A stretch of 64,000 nt of DNA, from positions 64,001-128,000 of the forward strand of contig CATMOE010000003.1 of assembly GCA_950072105.1 (NCBI GenBank), in the 5' to 3' direction. The notes beneath the pieces were generated by a model. It was not told where the DNA came from. It did no database searches and worked only from the letters and a program-made list of their open reading frames with translations. Below, piece after piece: positions 20,315 through 28,650 of this stretch. The position numbers were made by a program, and so were the translations under genes. Within the stretch, counting starts at the first letter, position 1; every line of letters starts with the position of its first letter. The DNA comes from an uncultured Dehalococcoidia bacterium (GTDB lineage Bacteria > Chloroflexota > Dehalococcoidia > Lucifugimonadales > UBA3495).

Positions 20315-20977
20315 ATGACCACCGGGCATATTCCCGAACAGGGGCAAGCCGCTATTCACCCTCCCATCGATCTCGCAGCTACCGGCGTGATTCTGGCCGG
20401 CGGGCTTAGCCGGCGGCTGGGCCGGGACAAGGCGGTAGAGCCCATCGGTGGGCAGCCGCTGATCCAGCGGGTGATCCAGCGGGTTGAGCAAGTGTGCCAG
20501 GAAATCGCGGTGGTTGTAGCCAATCAGGACCGAGCTGCTGGCTTGCCTCTAGAACCACAACATCAGGTGGTGCTGGACCGCTATGCGGGTGCCGGCTCCT
20601 TGGGCGGTATCTTCTCCGGGCTGGACGCCGCTATCAACCAATGGACCCTCGTCGTCGCCTGCGACATGCCTTTCCTGAACCTCTCGCTGTTGCGCCGCAT
20701 GTTGGCCCTCAGGGAAGACGCCGATGCCGTGGTGCCGATGATCGAAGGCCGCCCCGAGCCGACCCACGCCCTCTACTCCAAAGCTTGTTTGCCCTTCATC
20801 GAGCCGCGGCTAATAGCCGGCGACCTGAAAATCTCCGGTTTCTATGACCAGGTGCGAGTGCGCTACCTCCCTGAAGAAGAAGTTGCCGCCCTGGACCCGG
20901 AATTCTTGAGCTTTTTTAACGTGAACACCCCCGAAGACCTGGAACGTGCCCTATCCCTGGCGGCCCAGGGAATCTGA
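20315..20977 (+). CDS. mobA: Molybdenum cofactor guanylyltransferase
   Basis: ILAGGLSRRLGRDKA, VACDMPF, FFNVNTPEDL. Confidence 0.93.
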   Translation: MTTGHIPEQGQAAIHPPIDLAATGVILAGGLSRRLGRDKAVEPIGGQPLIQRVIQRVEQVCQEIAVVVANQDRAAGLPLEPQHQVVLDRYAGAGSLGGIFSGLDAAINQWTLVVACDMPFLNLSLLRRMLALREDADAVVPMIEGRPEPTHALYSKACLPFIEPRLIAGDLKISGFYDQVRVRYLPEEEVAALDPEFLSFFNVNTPEDLERALSLAAQGI

Positions 20978-21015
20978 TTCGGACTTTCGGGCATCGCTCC
21001 GGGAGTGAAAACATC

Positions 21016-21318
21016 GTGGCTCTGACCAATAAAATCAGCATTGCCGTCAAAGTAGAGCTATTCGGAACGCCTCGCCTCGCCGCGGGTAGGCGCGAGCTAG
21101 AACTTGTTCTACCTGCTGAGACCAGCCGCCAGGAATTCGCTGCGGCTCTCGCCGAGGCTTGCCCGGCACTTGTCGGGAAGGTGATTCGGGACGACCTGAG
21201 CGGCCTGCAAGAAGGCTACGTGCTCAACCTTAACGGATTGGCCTTCTTGAATGGCGATGTTCTGCATGTTCAAGACGGAGACGCGGTCCTGATATTGTCC
21301 AACCAGGCGGGGGGGTAA
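21016..21318 (+). CDS. MoaD/ThiS-family sulfur carrier
   Basis: Ubiquitin-like size with C-terminal AGG. Confidence 0.85.
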   Translation: MALTNKISIAVKVELFGTPRLAAGRRELELVLPAETSRQEFAAALAEACPALVGKVIRDDLSGLQEGYVLNLNGLAFLNGDVLHVQDGDAVLILSNQAGG

Positions 21319-21323
21319 CCCCA

Positions 21324-23177
21324 GTGTACGGCTATCACGGAAAAGCGCTGGTGGTCGACCTGTCCTCCCGAAGTCACCACTGGGACGCCATCCCGGAGCA
21401 GGTGTTGCGAAGCTTCATCGGCGGTATCGGCCTGGGGACCTACTTGCTGTACAGATATTGCCCAGCCGGAGCCGATCCATTGGGGCCGGACAACCCCCTC
21501 ATCTTCGCCGGCAGTCCCTTGGTTGGAAGCCGCTTGACCACTTCCAGTAAGTTCGCCGTGATGACCAAATCCCCTCTGACGGGATTCATCGGCGATTCCC
21601 TGTCCTCCAGCTTCCTGGCCACCGAGCTAAAGAAGACCTGTGGCGACGCATTGATAATCGTGGGCCGGGCTGAATCCCTAACCCTCCTGTTCATCGAAGA
21701 CGGTGTGCCCAGATTCCTCGACGCCGCTGATCTGATGGGCTTGGGGACTTTCGACACCGAACAAGCCGTGAAAGAAATGTTGGGCGGTCCGCGAATCCGC
21801 GTCGCCAGCATCGGCCCCGCGGGAGAGCATCTGGTCCGTTACGCCAGCATCGCCAACGACGGTGGACGCCAGGCCGGCCGGTGCGGCCCCGGCGCGGTTA
21901 TGGGCTCGAAAAACCTCAAGGCGCTGGCCTTGCACGGCAGTCAAACCGTGGACGTGGCCAATCCGGTCGCTACTCACGAGTACGGGATCGACCTGAGCAA
22001 GCGTAGTTTGGGCGCAGCGACGGAGAAATACCGGGAACTGGGGACCATGGCTAACGTGTCGGTGTTCAACCGGTTAGGGACGCTGCCCACCAGAAATTTC
22101 CGGGAGTCCACCTTTGAAGGGGCCGAGCAGGTTAGCGGCGAGCATCTGCATCAAGAGCATCTGGCCAAGAACGCCACTTGCGCCAACTGCACCATTGGGT
22201 GCGAGAAAATTCTGGTTACCAGCGACGATGGGAAGAAGTCCCAAGGCCGGATGGAGTACGAAAGTCTCTTCGCACTAGGACCGTTGTGCGGGGTGGACGA
22301 CCCCAACACCGTCATTCGGGCCGCCGGAATCTGCGACGACCTGGGCATGGATACCATAAGCGCCGGTGTGACCATCGCCTGGGCCATGGAGTGTTTCGAC
22401 AAAGGCTTGATCACTGCTGATGACACCGGCGGCATCGACTTGCGGTTCGGCAACGGCCAGGCTCTTTTGGACACTCTGGAGCTGATCGGTCATCGCCGTG
22501 ACCTTGGTAGCCTCCTGGCCGAAGGCACTAAAATTGCCGCACAACAACTGGGTGGAGGCTCCGGCGATTGGGCCATGAACGTCAAAGGTCTGGAAATGCC
22601 CGGCTACGAACCACGCAGCCTGAAAACCATGGCCCTGGGGTTGGCGGTCACGCCAAGAGGGGCCTGCCATAATCGGTCATCAGCATACGAGGCGGACTTT
22701 TCCGGCCGCGTAGACCGGTTGACCGTGGACGATAGCCGCGGCCTGATCGCCGCCGAAAGCGAGGACTTTACCGCAGTGTTGGACTCCCTGATCTGGTGCA
22801 AGTTCCTTCGCAAAGCCTTCAACGACTTTTACCAGGAGTCGGCCCAGGTTTACACCATGATCACCGGCTTGGAAATGTCTCCGGACGAGCTGAAACGGGC
22901 AGGGGAACGGATCAATAACTTGAAAAAGCTGTTCAACATCCGAGAGGGTTGGCGCCGCCAGGACGATACCCTTCCCCCACGTGTCCTCCAAGAGAAGCTG
23001 CCCACCGGCGTCGTTGCCGGGGTTGGGCTGACCCAAGAAGAACTGGATTATATGATTGCCGGTTATTACCAGGCCCGAGGTTGGAACGAAGACGGTTCGG
23101 TGCCGGACACGAAGCTGGCCGACCTGGGCCTTTTGGATCTGCTACCTGTATCGTCCGGCGTAACGATTTCCGCTTAG
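21324..23177 (+). CDS. aor: Aldehyde ferredoxin oxidoreductase family (tungstopterin) enzyme
   Basis: KSPLTG, IGPAGE, GAVMGSKNLKA, CANCTIGC, EYE, DDLGMDTIS, YYQARGW. Confidence 0.92.
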   Translation: MYGYHGKALVVDLSSRSHHWDAIPEQVLRSFIGGIGLGTYLLYRYCPAGADPLGPDNPLIFAGSPLVGSRLTTSSKFAVMTKSPLTGFIGDSLSSSFLATELKKTCGDALIIVGRAESLTLLFIEDGVPRFLDAADLMGLGTFDTEQAVKEMLGGPRIRVASIGPAGEHLVRYASIANDGGRQAGRCGPGAVMGSKNLKALALHGSQTVDVANPVATHEYGIDLSKRSLGAATEKYRELGTMANVSVFNRLGTLPTRNFRESTFEGAEQVSGEHLHQEHLAKNATCANCTIGCEKILVTSDDGKKSQGRMEYESLFALGPLCGVDDPNTVIRAAGICDDLGMDTISAGVTIAWAMECFDKGLITADDTGGIDLRFGNGQALLDTLELIGHRRDLGSLLAEGTKIAAQQLGGGSGDWAMNVKGLEMPGYEPRSLKTMALGLAVTPRGACHNRSSAYEADFSGRVDRLTVDDSRGLIAAESEDFTAVLDSLIWCKFLRKAFNDFYQESAQVYTMITGLEMSPDELKRAGERINNLKKLFNIREGWRRQDDTLPPRVLQEKLPTGVVAGVGLTQEELDYMIAGYYQARGWNEDGSVPDTKLADLGLLDLLPVSSGVTISA

Positions 23178-23191
23178 ACCCACGAAGAGAT

Positions 23192-23521
23192 ATGGACGCA
23201 TTTGAACTTGAACACGTCATCGCAGAACACGCTCGGCTTGGTGAGCGGTATCATGAATTCTTCATCGCCTCGAGATTGAGTCTCGGCCTTTACGTCTTGC
23301 AGGCCGGGCAGCCCGACCCTCAGCAACCCCACACCGAGGACGAAGTCTATTTTGTGATTCAAGGCCGGGGGATGATTCGGGTGGGCGAAGAAGACCGTCC
23401 CGTCACCGCCGGGTCGATAATCTATGTGGATGAAGCTGTGGAGCACCGTTTCCACTCGATCACCGAGGACCTGCAGATCTTGGTCATGTTTGCTCCGCCG
23501 CGAAGGTCCCGGGCTGTTTAG
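23192..23521 (+). CDS. Cupin domain protein
   Basis: QQPHTEDEVY...VEHRFH; ATG at 23192. Confidence 0.85.
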   Translation: MDAFELEHVIAEHARLGERYHEFFIASRLSLGLYVLQAGQPDPQQPHTEDEVYFVIQGRGMIRVGEEDRPVTAGSIIYVDEAVEHRFHSITEDLQILVMFAPPRRSRAV

Positions 23522-23560
23522 GGAACCGGGCAATTTTACCGGATTACCGGCTAGAGTTAA

Positions 23561-24016
23561 ATGAATCGAAGCGATCTTCGCCCCATATTACGCGAAAAAT
23601 TTCCTCCGGAGCGGACCTACCTGCTACCGGCGTTGCACTATTTGCAGGAAGAGTTTGGCCACCTCCCAGACTGGGCGCTGCAGACCGTGGCCTGGCATCT
23701 GCGGGTGCCGGCCAGCGAAGTCTACGGGGCGGCGACCAGTTACAGCGAACTCCGCATAGAAGCGCCGGGACGCCACGTAGTAAGGGTCTGCAACGGCCTG
23801 AGTTGTTGGCATAACGGTGGCCGGATCATATTGGAACGCCTGTCAGACGAGTTCGGCGTCCAACCTGGTGAGACCGGCACGGATAGCCGGGTAACTCTGG
23901 AGGAAACCCCCTGCGGTTTCCTCTGCCCCATGGCCCCGGTGGTGGAAGTTGACGGCCGTTGGCGAGGCCGGGTCGCCGCTGCCGATATCCCGAGTCTTGT
24001 GAAAGAGTTGACCTGA
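23561..24016 (+). CDS. NuoE-like [2Fe-2S] subunit (formate dehydrogenase gamma type)
   Basis: LLPALHYLQ, CNGLSC ... CGFLC. Confidence 0.88.
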   Translation: MNRSDLRPILREKFPPERTYLLPALHYLQEEFGHLPDWALQTVAWHLRVPASEVYGAATSYSELRIEAPGRHVVRVCNGLSCWHNGGRIILERLSDEFGVQPGETGTDSRVTLEETPCGFLCPMAPVVEVDGRWRGRVAAADIPSLVKELT

Positions 24017-24017
24017 C

Positions 24018-25709
24018 GTGACTTCCTACGCCCAACTACATGAAGCTGCTCAGGAATCCCTGGCCGCGTCGACACGGGTGATTGTCCAAGTCGGCCATTG
24101 CAGCCAGGCCGTCGGCGCCACTCAAGTAGCGGAAGCATTGCAAGCCGAGCTGTCCGGACATTCCGGCGTCGAACTGATCATCGCGGGCTGCGACGGGGCC
24201 TGCTTCGCCGCGCCTCAGGTTATCGTGACCACCCCTTCCAACAACATACAACGGTATTCCCAAGTCTCCGTTGGCGACGTTGCAGAATTAACCGCAACCC
24301 TCACTTCCGGCAACACCCCGCAACAAACGGAGCACCCCCCTTTCGTAAAGGGGGGGCGGGGGGATTTAGACTCGTTCTTCGCCGCCCAGACTCGCCTATT
24401 GCTAACTCGATGCGGTTACATCGATCCCACAAGCATCAACGAATACATCGCGTTGGGTGGCTACCGAGGCCTGAACGCTGCCCTATCCCGATCGCCGGAG
24501 GAAGTCATCCAGACGGTCCTGGACGCCGGTTTGCTGGGACGGGGCGGCGCTTACTTCCCGGCGGCTCGTAAGTGGCAGGCGGCCCGGGCGGCCAACGGAT
24601 CGCCCCGGTATCTGGTGGTCAACGCCGAAGAGGGTGAACCCGGCCTGTTTAAAGACCGCCACATCATGGAAGGCGACCCCCACCTGTTGCTGGAAGGGAT
24701 GCTCATCGCCGCCTACGCCACCGGCGCTTCCGAAACGTACATATACATCAATGCCGAAGCCCACCTGAGCGCGCAACGCATTGAAACGGCGATCGGGCAA
24801 GCCCAAGATGCAGGCTTGATCGGCGATAATATCCTGGGTTCCGGTTTCGATTGCCAGGTCACCGTAAGACGCGGCGCGGGCGGCTACGTCTGCGGCGAGG
24901 AGACCACCCTGCTAGACACCATCCAGGGCAACCGCCGTGAGCCTCGCCTGCGTCCTCCCTTTCCTGCCGAATCGGGCCTGTTCCAAAGACCAACAGTCAT
25001 CAACAACGTGGAAACTCTGTCCAACGTGCCAATCATACTTAGTGATACCACCGACCCACCCGTTCGTCCTGAGCCTGTCGAAGGACACGCCGAGGACGCA
25101 TCCCCCGTCCTCCCCCCTTTCGTACAGGGGGGCCGGAGGGGATTTTCGGACCTCGGTCTAGACTCCGCTAAAGGCACCAAGCTGATATGCCTCAGCGGCT
25201 TGGTCCAGCGGCCCGGCTTAGCCGAGGTCCCCATGGGAAGCACCCTACGCCATGTGATCTATGACATCGGCGGCGGCCCTCCGCCCGGCACTGATTTAGG
25301 AGTCGTGGCGGTTGGTGGACCGTCCAGCGGAGTGTTGCCGCCAACCGAACTGGACATGGAATTGCGTCCCGGAATGCTCCATCCGTCTGGTGTCGTTATG
25401 GGCGCCGGGGGAATCATGGTTATAGCAGAAGGCGTCCCGGTCATCGACGTCGTGCGCCAACTGGCTGCTTATAACGCCGCCGAGTCCTGCGGCAAGTGCA
25501 CCCCCTGCCGGGAAGGCACCCCCCGGATGGTGCAGGTTCTGGACCGGCTGGCCTCGGGCAGCGGATCAACCACCGATTTGGAAGAGCTACGCTATCTGGC
25601 GGAAATCATTGGCGCGGCATCCCTGTGCGGCCTGGGACAGATGTCCGGCGGACCCATCAACAGCGCCTTGCACTTCTTCGGAGATGAACTGGCTCGATTG
25701 ATTAGCTAA
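24018..25709 (+). CDS. NuoF-like NADH-binding flavoprotein (formate dehydrogenase beta type) with repeat-derived insertions
   Basis: GRGGAYFP, NAEEGEPG, GAGGYVCGEET, NNVETL, SCGKCTPCREG, CGLG. Confidence 0.92.
   Translation: MTSYAQLHEAAQESLAASTRVIVQVGHCSQAVGATQVAEALQAELSGHSGVELIIAGCDGACFAAPQVIVTTPSNNIQRYSQVSVGDVAELTATLTSGNTPQQTEHPPFVKGGRGDLDSFFAAQTRLLLTRCGYIDPTSINEYIALGGYRGLNAALSRSPEEVIQTVLDAGLLGRGGAYFPAARKWQAARAANGSPRYLVVNAEEGEPGLFKDRHIMEGDPHLLLEGMLIAAYATGASETYIYINAEAHLSAQRIETAIGQAQDAGLIGDNILGSGFDCQVTVRRGAGGYVCGEETTLLDTIQGNRREPRLRPPFPAESGLFQRPTVINNVETLSNVPIILSDTTDPPVRPEPVEGHAEDASPVLPPFVQGGRRGFSDLGLDSAKGTKLICLSGLVQRPGLAEVPMGSTLRHVIYDIGGGPPPGTDLGVVAVGGPSSGVLPPTELDMELRPGMLHPSGVVMGAGGIMVIAEGVPVIDVVRQLAAYNAAESCGKCTPCREGTPRMVQVLDRLASGSGSTTDLEELRYLAEIIGAASLCGLGQMSGGPINSALHFFGDELARLIS
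24335..24367. repeat. Palindromic element inside the NuoF-like CDS (encodes PPFVKGGRGD)
   Basis: CCCCCCTTTCGTAAAGGGGGGGCGGGGGGATTT. Confidence 0.85.
25059..25085. repeat. GAGCCTGTCGAA-family REP-like unit inside the NuoF-like CDS (encodes PVRPEPVEG)
   Basis: CCCGTTCGTCCTGAGCCTGTCGAAGGA shares TGAGCCTGTCGAA with the intergenic hairpin at 34544. Confidence 0.75.
25101..25145. repeat. Palindromic element inside the NuoF-like CDS (encodes PPFVQGGRRG)
   Basis: TCCCCCGTCCTCCCCCCTTTCGTACAGGGGGGCCGGAGGGGATTT. Confidence 0.8.
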
Positions 25710-25733
25710 AATCGGGACTAGGGGAATAATCGC

Positions 25734-28586
25734 ATGACCACCACCCTAACCATAGACGACAAATCCGTAACCGTTCCCGACGGTGGCAGTGTCCTGGACG
25801 CCATAAACGCTTCGGACATCTACATATCTCAGCTATGTAAAGACCCGGACATGAAGGCCATCGGCGCTTGCCGCACCTGCCTGGTGCAGATCGACGGCGT
25901 CCGCGGCTTTCCCGCCTCATGCTCCGTACCCGCCACTGAAGGAATGGTGGTCCAAACCGATTCGGATGATGCCCGCCGCATCCGCTCCGGCGTCATAGAA
26001 TTAACAATGGCGATGCTACCACAACCTGCGAAAAACCCCCCTTTCGTAAAGGGGGGTTGGGGGGATTTCGGCCAATTAACCACCGCCGCCCAACACCACG
26101 GCATCCAATCGCCCCGCTGGCAGTCCCGCCCACGTGAAGAGACCGACGAAAGCAACCCGGTCTTCAACATCGCCATGGAGTCTTGCATCCTCTGCGGCCG
26201 CTGCGCTCAGGCCTGCCAGGAAGGCCACCAGTTCATCGGCGCCATCGACTTCCTGGGCGCCGGCGCTAACAGCCGCATCGGCACCTTCATGGACAAACCC
26301 CTGGTCGAATCCATCTGCACCACTTGCGGGCAATGCCTGTCCGTCTGCCCTACCGGGGCGATTCAGACCAAAGAGCAGTCAGCAGTCAGCAGTCAGCAAT
26401 CAGCAACCGAAGGTGGTCCCCCGACCGCTGACAAGCTGACCGCTGACTGCTTACGCTCCGTTTCCACCACCTGCCCCTACTGTGGCGTGGGCTGCGGAAT
26501 CAAGATTCAGGTCGGCGATGGGGATCAATTCGTTGAGGTCCTAGACGACCCGGAGAACCTCTCCAGTGTCGGCATGCTATGCGTTAAAGGGCGTTTCGGC
26601 ACAAGCTTCGTCCATCATCCCGACCGGTTGACTACGCCTCTGATCAAAGAAGGCGGGGAATTCCGGCCGGCGACCTGGGACGAGGCTCTGGACCTGATCG
26701 CCGAGCGACTGACCCATTACCGAGGTAGCTCTTTTGGCACCCTTTGCTCGGCCAAAGCCACCAATGAAGACGGCTACATCCAGCAGAAGTTCTCTCGTCT
26801 GCTGATGCAGAGCAACAACATCGACCACTGCACCCGCCTCTGCCACTCGCCGTCCGTCGAGGCCATGCTCACGTCCCTGGGCAGCGGGGCCACCAGCAAC
26901 TCCTATACCGACTACGAGGATGCGGGTTGCCTGGTCGTTATCGGCTGCGACCCAACGTCCAACCACCCGGTAGCTGCCTCCCGGATGCGCCGTGCCGTGG
27001 TGGAGCGAGGTGCCAAGCTCATCGTCGTAAACCCTCGCCGCATCGACATGTGCGACTATGCCGATCTGTGGCTGCGGGCTCACCCAGGCACCGACGTGGC
27101 TCTGCTAAACGGCATGGCCCAGGTCATTCTGGACGAGGGGCTCCAGGACCAAGCATTTGTAACCAACCGCACCGAAGGATTTGAGGAGTGGGCCAAAGTG
27201 GTGGAGTCCTACACCCCAGACCGTGTCGAAGAAATAACCGGCGTTCCCGCCGAGGACATCCGCCAAGCCGCCCGATTCTACGCCCAACCCCCGGCGCCAT
27301 CGACTCCCCCCTTTGGTAAAGGGAGGTCAGGGGGGATTTCCCCCGGCTCCTGCCTTATTTGGGGAATGGGCATCACTCAGCACACCAATGGCACCGCTAA
27401 CGCCCACGGTCTGCTCAACCTGTCGTTGCTGGCCGGTCAACTGGGTAGGCCTGGCTCGGGCATCTCTCCCTTGCGGGGTCAAAACAACGTTCAGGGCTGC
27501 GGCGACGCCGGCTGTTTGCCCAACGCCATGCCCGGCTATCAGGTCCTGGGCCAAGAAACCGTGGCCAAATTCCAGGATGCCTGGGGTGGGCACGGGTTCC
27601 CTGAAGAGCACGGTCTGGTCATCACTGAGATGGTCGACTCCATGAAAGAGCCTACCGGCATCAAGGCCATGTACATCACGGGTGAGAATCCCTTGCTCAG
27701 CGAGCCGGACCTGAATCACGCTCAAGAGATGTTCGAGAGCCTGGAGTTCCTGGTGGTTCAGGACATCTTCATGCACGAGACTGCCCTGATGGCCGACGTG
27801 GTGCTCCCCGCCACCAGCTTCGCGGAAAAGGACGGAACCTTCACCAACAGCGAACGCCGCGTGCAGCGGGTGAGGAAAGCGATCGATCCTTTAGGCCAGA
27901 GCCGCCCGGACTGGGAAATCATCAGCGACTTGGCCAAGCGGATGTGCCAAAAATTGGAACTGGACTTTGCTGACCAGTTCGACTACAGCCATCCGTCCCA
28001 AATCTTCGACGAGATGGCTCGCCTGACGCCGATCATATCTGGCATAACCTATGACAGGCTGGACCGGGAAGGCGGCATCCAATGGCCTTGTCCCACAACC
28101 GACCATCCGGGCACGCCCTACCTTTACGCCGACAGCTTTCCCCGAGGTCCCCGGGCCCTCTTCGTTCCCTTTGAGCAAGGGCCCTTGGCCGCCGAAATGC
28201 CCAACCGGCGCTTCCCATTGATTCTCAACACGGGAAGGCTCCTGTATCACTGGCACGGCGGCACCATAACCCGGCGGGTAACGAACCTGATGGCGCGTTC
28301 CCCGGAGCTTCAGATAGCGATAAGCCCGCAAGACGGCCAGAAATACGGCATCGAAGACGGACAGATGATCCGGGTCTCCTCCCGCCGCGGCCAGCTAACC
28401 GGCCGGGCGCTGCTCACCGACCGGGAGAACCCCGGAGGCATCTTCATCCCCTTCGTAAAACTTTCCGAATCAGCCGCCAACTTTCTAACCAACGCCGCCT
28501 ACGACCCCACCTCCAAGATCCCCGAGTATAAGGTTTGTGCGGTGAAGGTTGAGGTGGTGGAAGAGGAAGGCGGTCGTGTGATTTAG
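25734..28586 (+). CDS. fdhA: Formate dehydrogenase alpha subunit (Mo/W-bisPGD, Cys ligand) with N-terminal Fe-S domains
   Basis: GACRTC, CILCGRC, CTTCGQC, CPYCGVGC, DHCTRLCH, LRGQNNVQG, EKDGTFTNSERRVQ, IPEYK. Confidence 0.93.
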   Translation: MTTTLTIDDKSVTVPDGGSVLDAINASDIYISQLCKDPDMKAIGACRTCLVQIDGVRGFPASCSVPATEGMVVQTDSDDARRIRSGVIELTMAMLPQPAKNPPFVKGGWGDFGQLTTAAQHHGIQSPRWQSRPREETDESNPVFNIAMESCILCGRCAQACQEGHQFIGAIDFLGAGANSRIGTFMDKPLVESICTTCGQCLSVCPTGAIQTKEQSAVSSQQSATEGGPPTADKLTADCLRSVSTTCPYCGVGCGIKIQVGDGDQFVEVLDDPENLSSVGMLCVKGRFGTSFVHHPDRLTTPLIKEGGEFRPATWDEALDLIAERLTHYRGSSFGTLCSAKATNEDGYIQQKFSRLLMQSNNIDHCTRLCHSPSVEAMLTSLGSGATSNSYTDYEDAGCLVVIGCDPTSNHPVAASRMRRAVVERGAKLIVVNPRRIDMCDYADLWLRAHPGTDVALLNGMAQVILDEGLQDQAFVTNRTEGFEEWAKVVESYTPDRVEEITGVPAEDIRQAARFYAQPPAPSTPPFGKGRSGGISPGSCLIWGMGITQHTNGTANAHGLLNLSLLAGQLGRPGSGISPLRGQNNVQGCGDAGCLPNAMPGYQVLGQETVAKFQDAWGGHGFPEEHGLVITEMVDSMKEPTGIKAMYITGENPLLSEPDLNHAQEMFESLEFLVVQDIFMHETALMADVVLPATSFAEKDGTFTNSERRVQRVRKAIDPLGQSRPDWEIISDLAKRMCQKLELDFADQFDYSHPSQIFDEMARLTPIISGITYDRLDREGGIQWPCPTTDHPGTPYLYADSFPRGPRALFVPFEQGPLAAEMPNRRFPLILNTGRLLYHWHGGTITRRVTNLMARSPELQIAISPQDGQKYGIEDGQMIRVSSRRGQLTGRALLTDRENPGGIFIPFVKLSESAANFLTNAAYDPTSKIPEYKVCAVKVEVVEEEGGRVI
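26036..26068. repeat. Palindromic element inside fdhA (encodes PPFVKGGWGD)
   Basis: CCCCCCTTTCGTAAAGGGGGGTTGGGGGGATTT. Confidence 0.88.
26374..26451. repeat. Heptamer (AGCAGTC)n / (GCTGAC..)n inverted tandem-repeat hairpin inside fdhA
   Basis: AGCAGTC x3 plus AGCAATCAGC ... GCTGACAAGCTGACCGCTGACTGCT; 78 bp. Confidence 0.8.
27306..27339. repeat. Palindromic element inside fdhA (encodes PPFGKGRSGGI)
   Basis: CCCCCCTTTGGTAAAGGGAGGTCAGGGGGGATTT. Confidence 0.82.
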
Positions 28587-28650
28587 GAGGCTGAAAGCCG
28601 CACGTAACTCGAAGCGTTGGGCCTCTACGTCAATCGCCAAGAAGGCATTA

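Noticed and set aside
26820..26850. Selenocysteine in the FdhA active site
   Set aside because: The ligand codon is TGC (RLCH) and the ORF has no in-frame TGA.
4056..27339. C6/G6 repeats as a CRISPR array
   Set aside because: The copies are dispersed at irregular distances of kilobases, mostly inside genes, and there are no cas genes.
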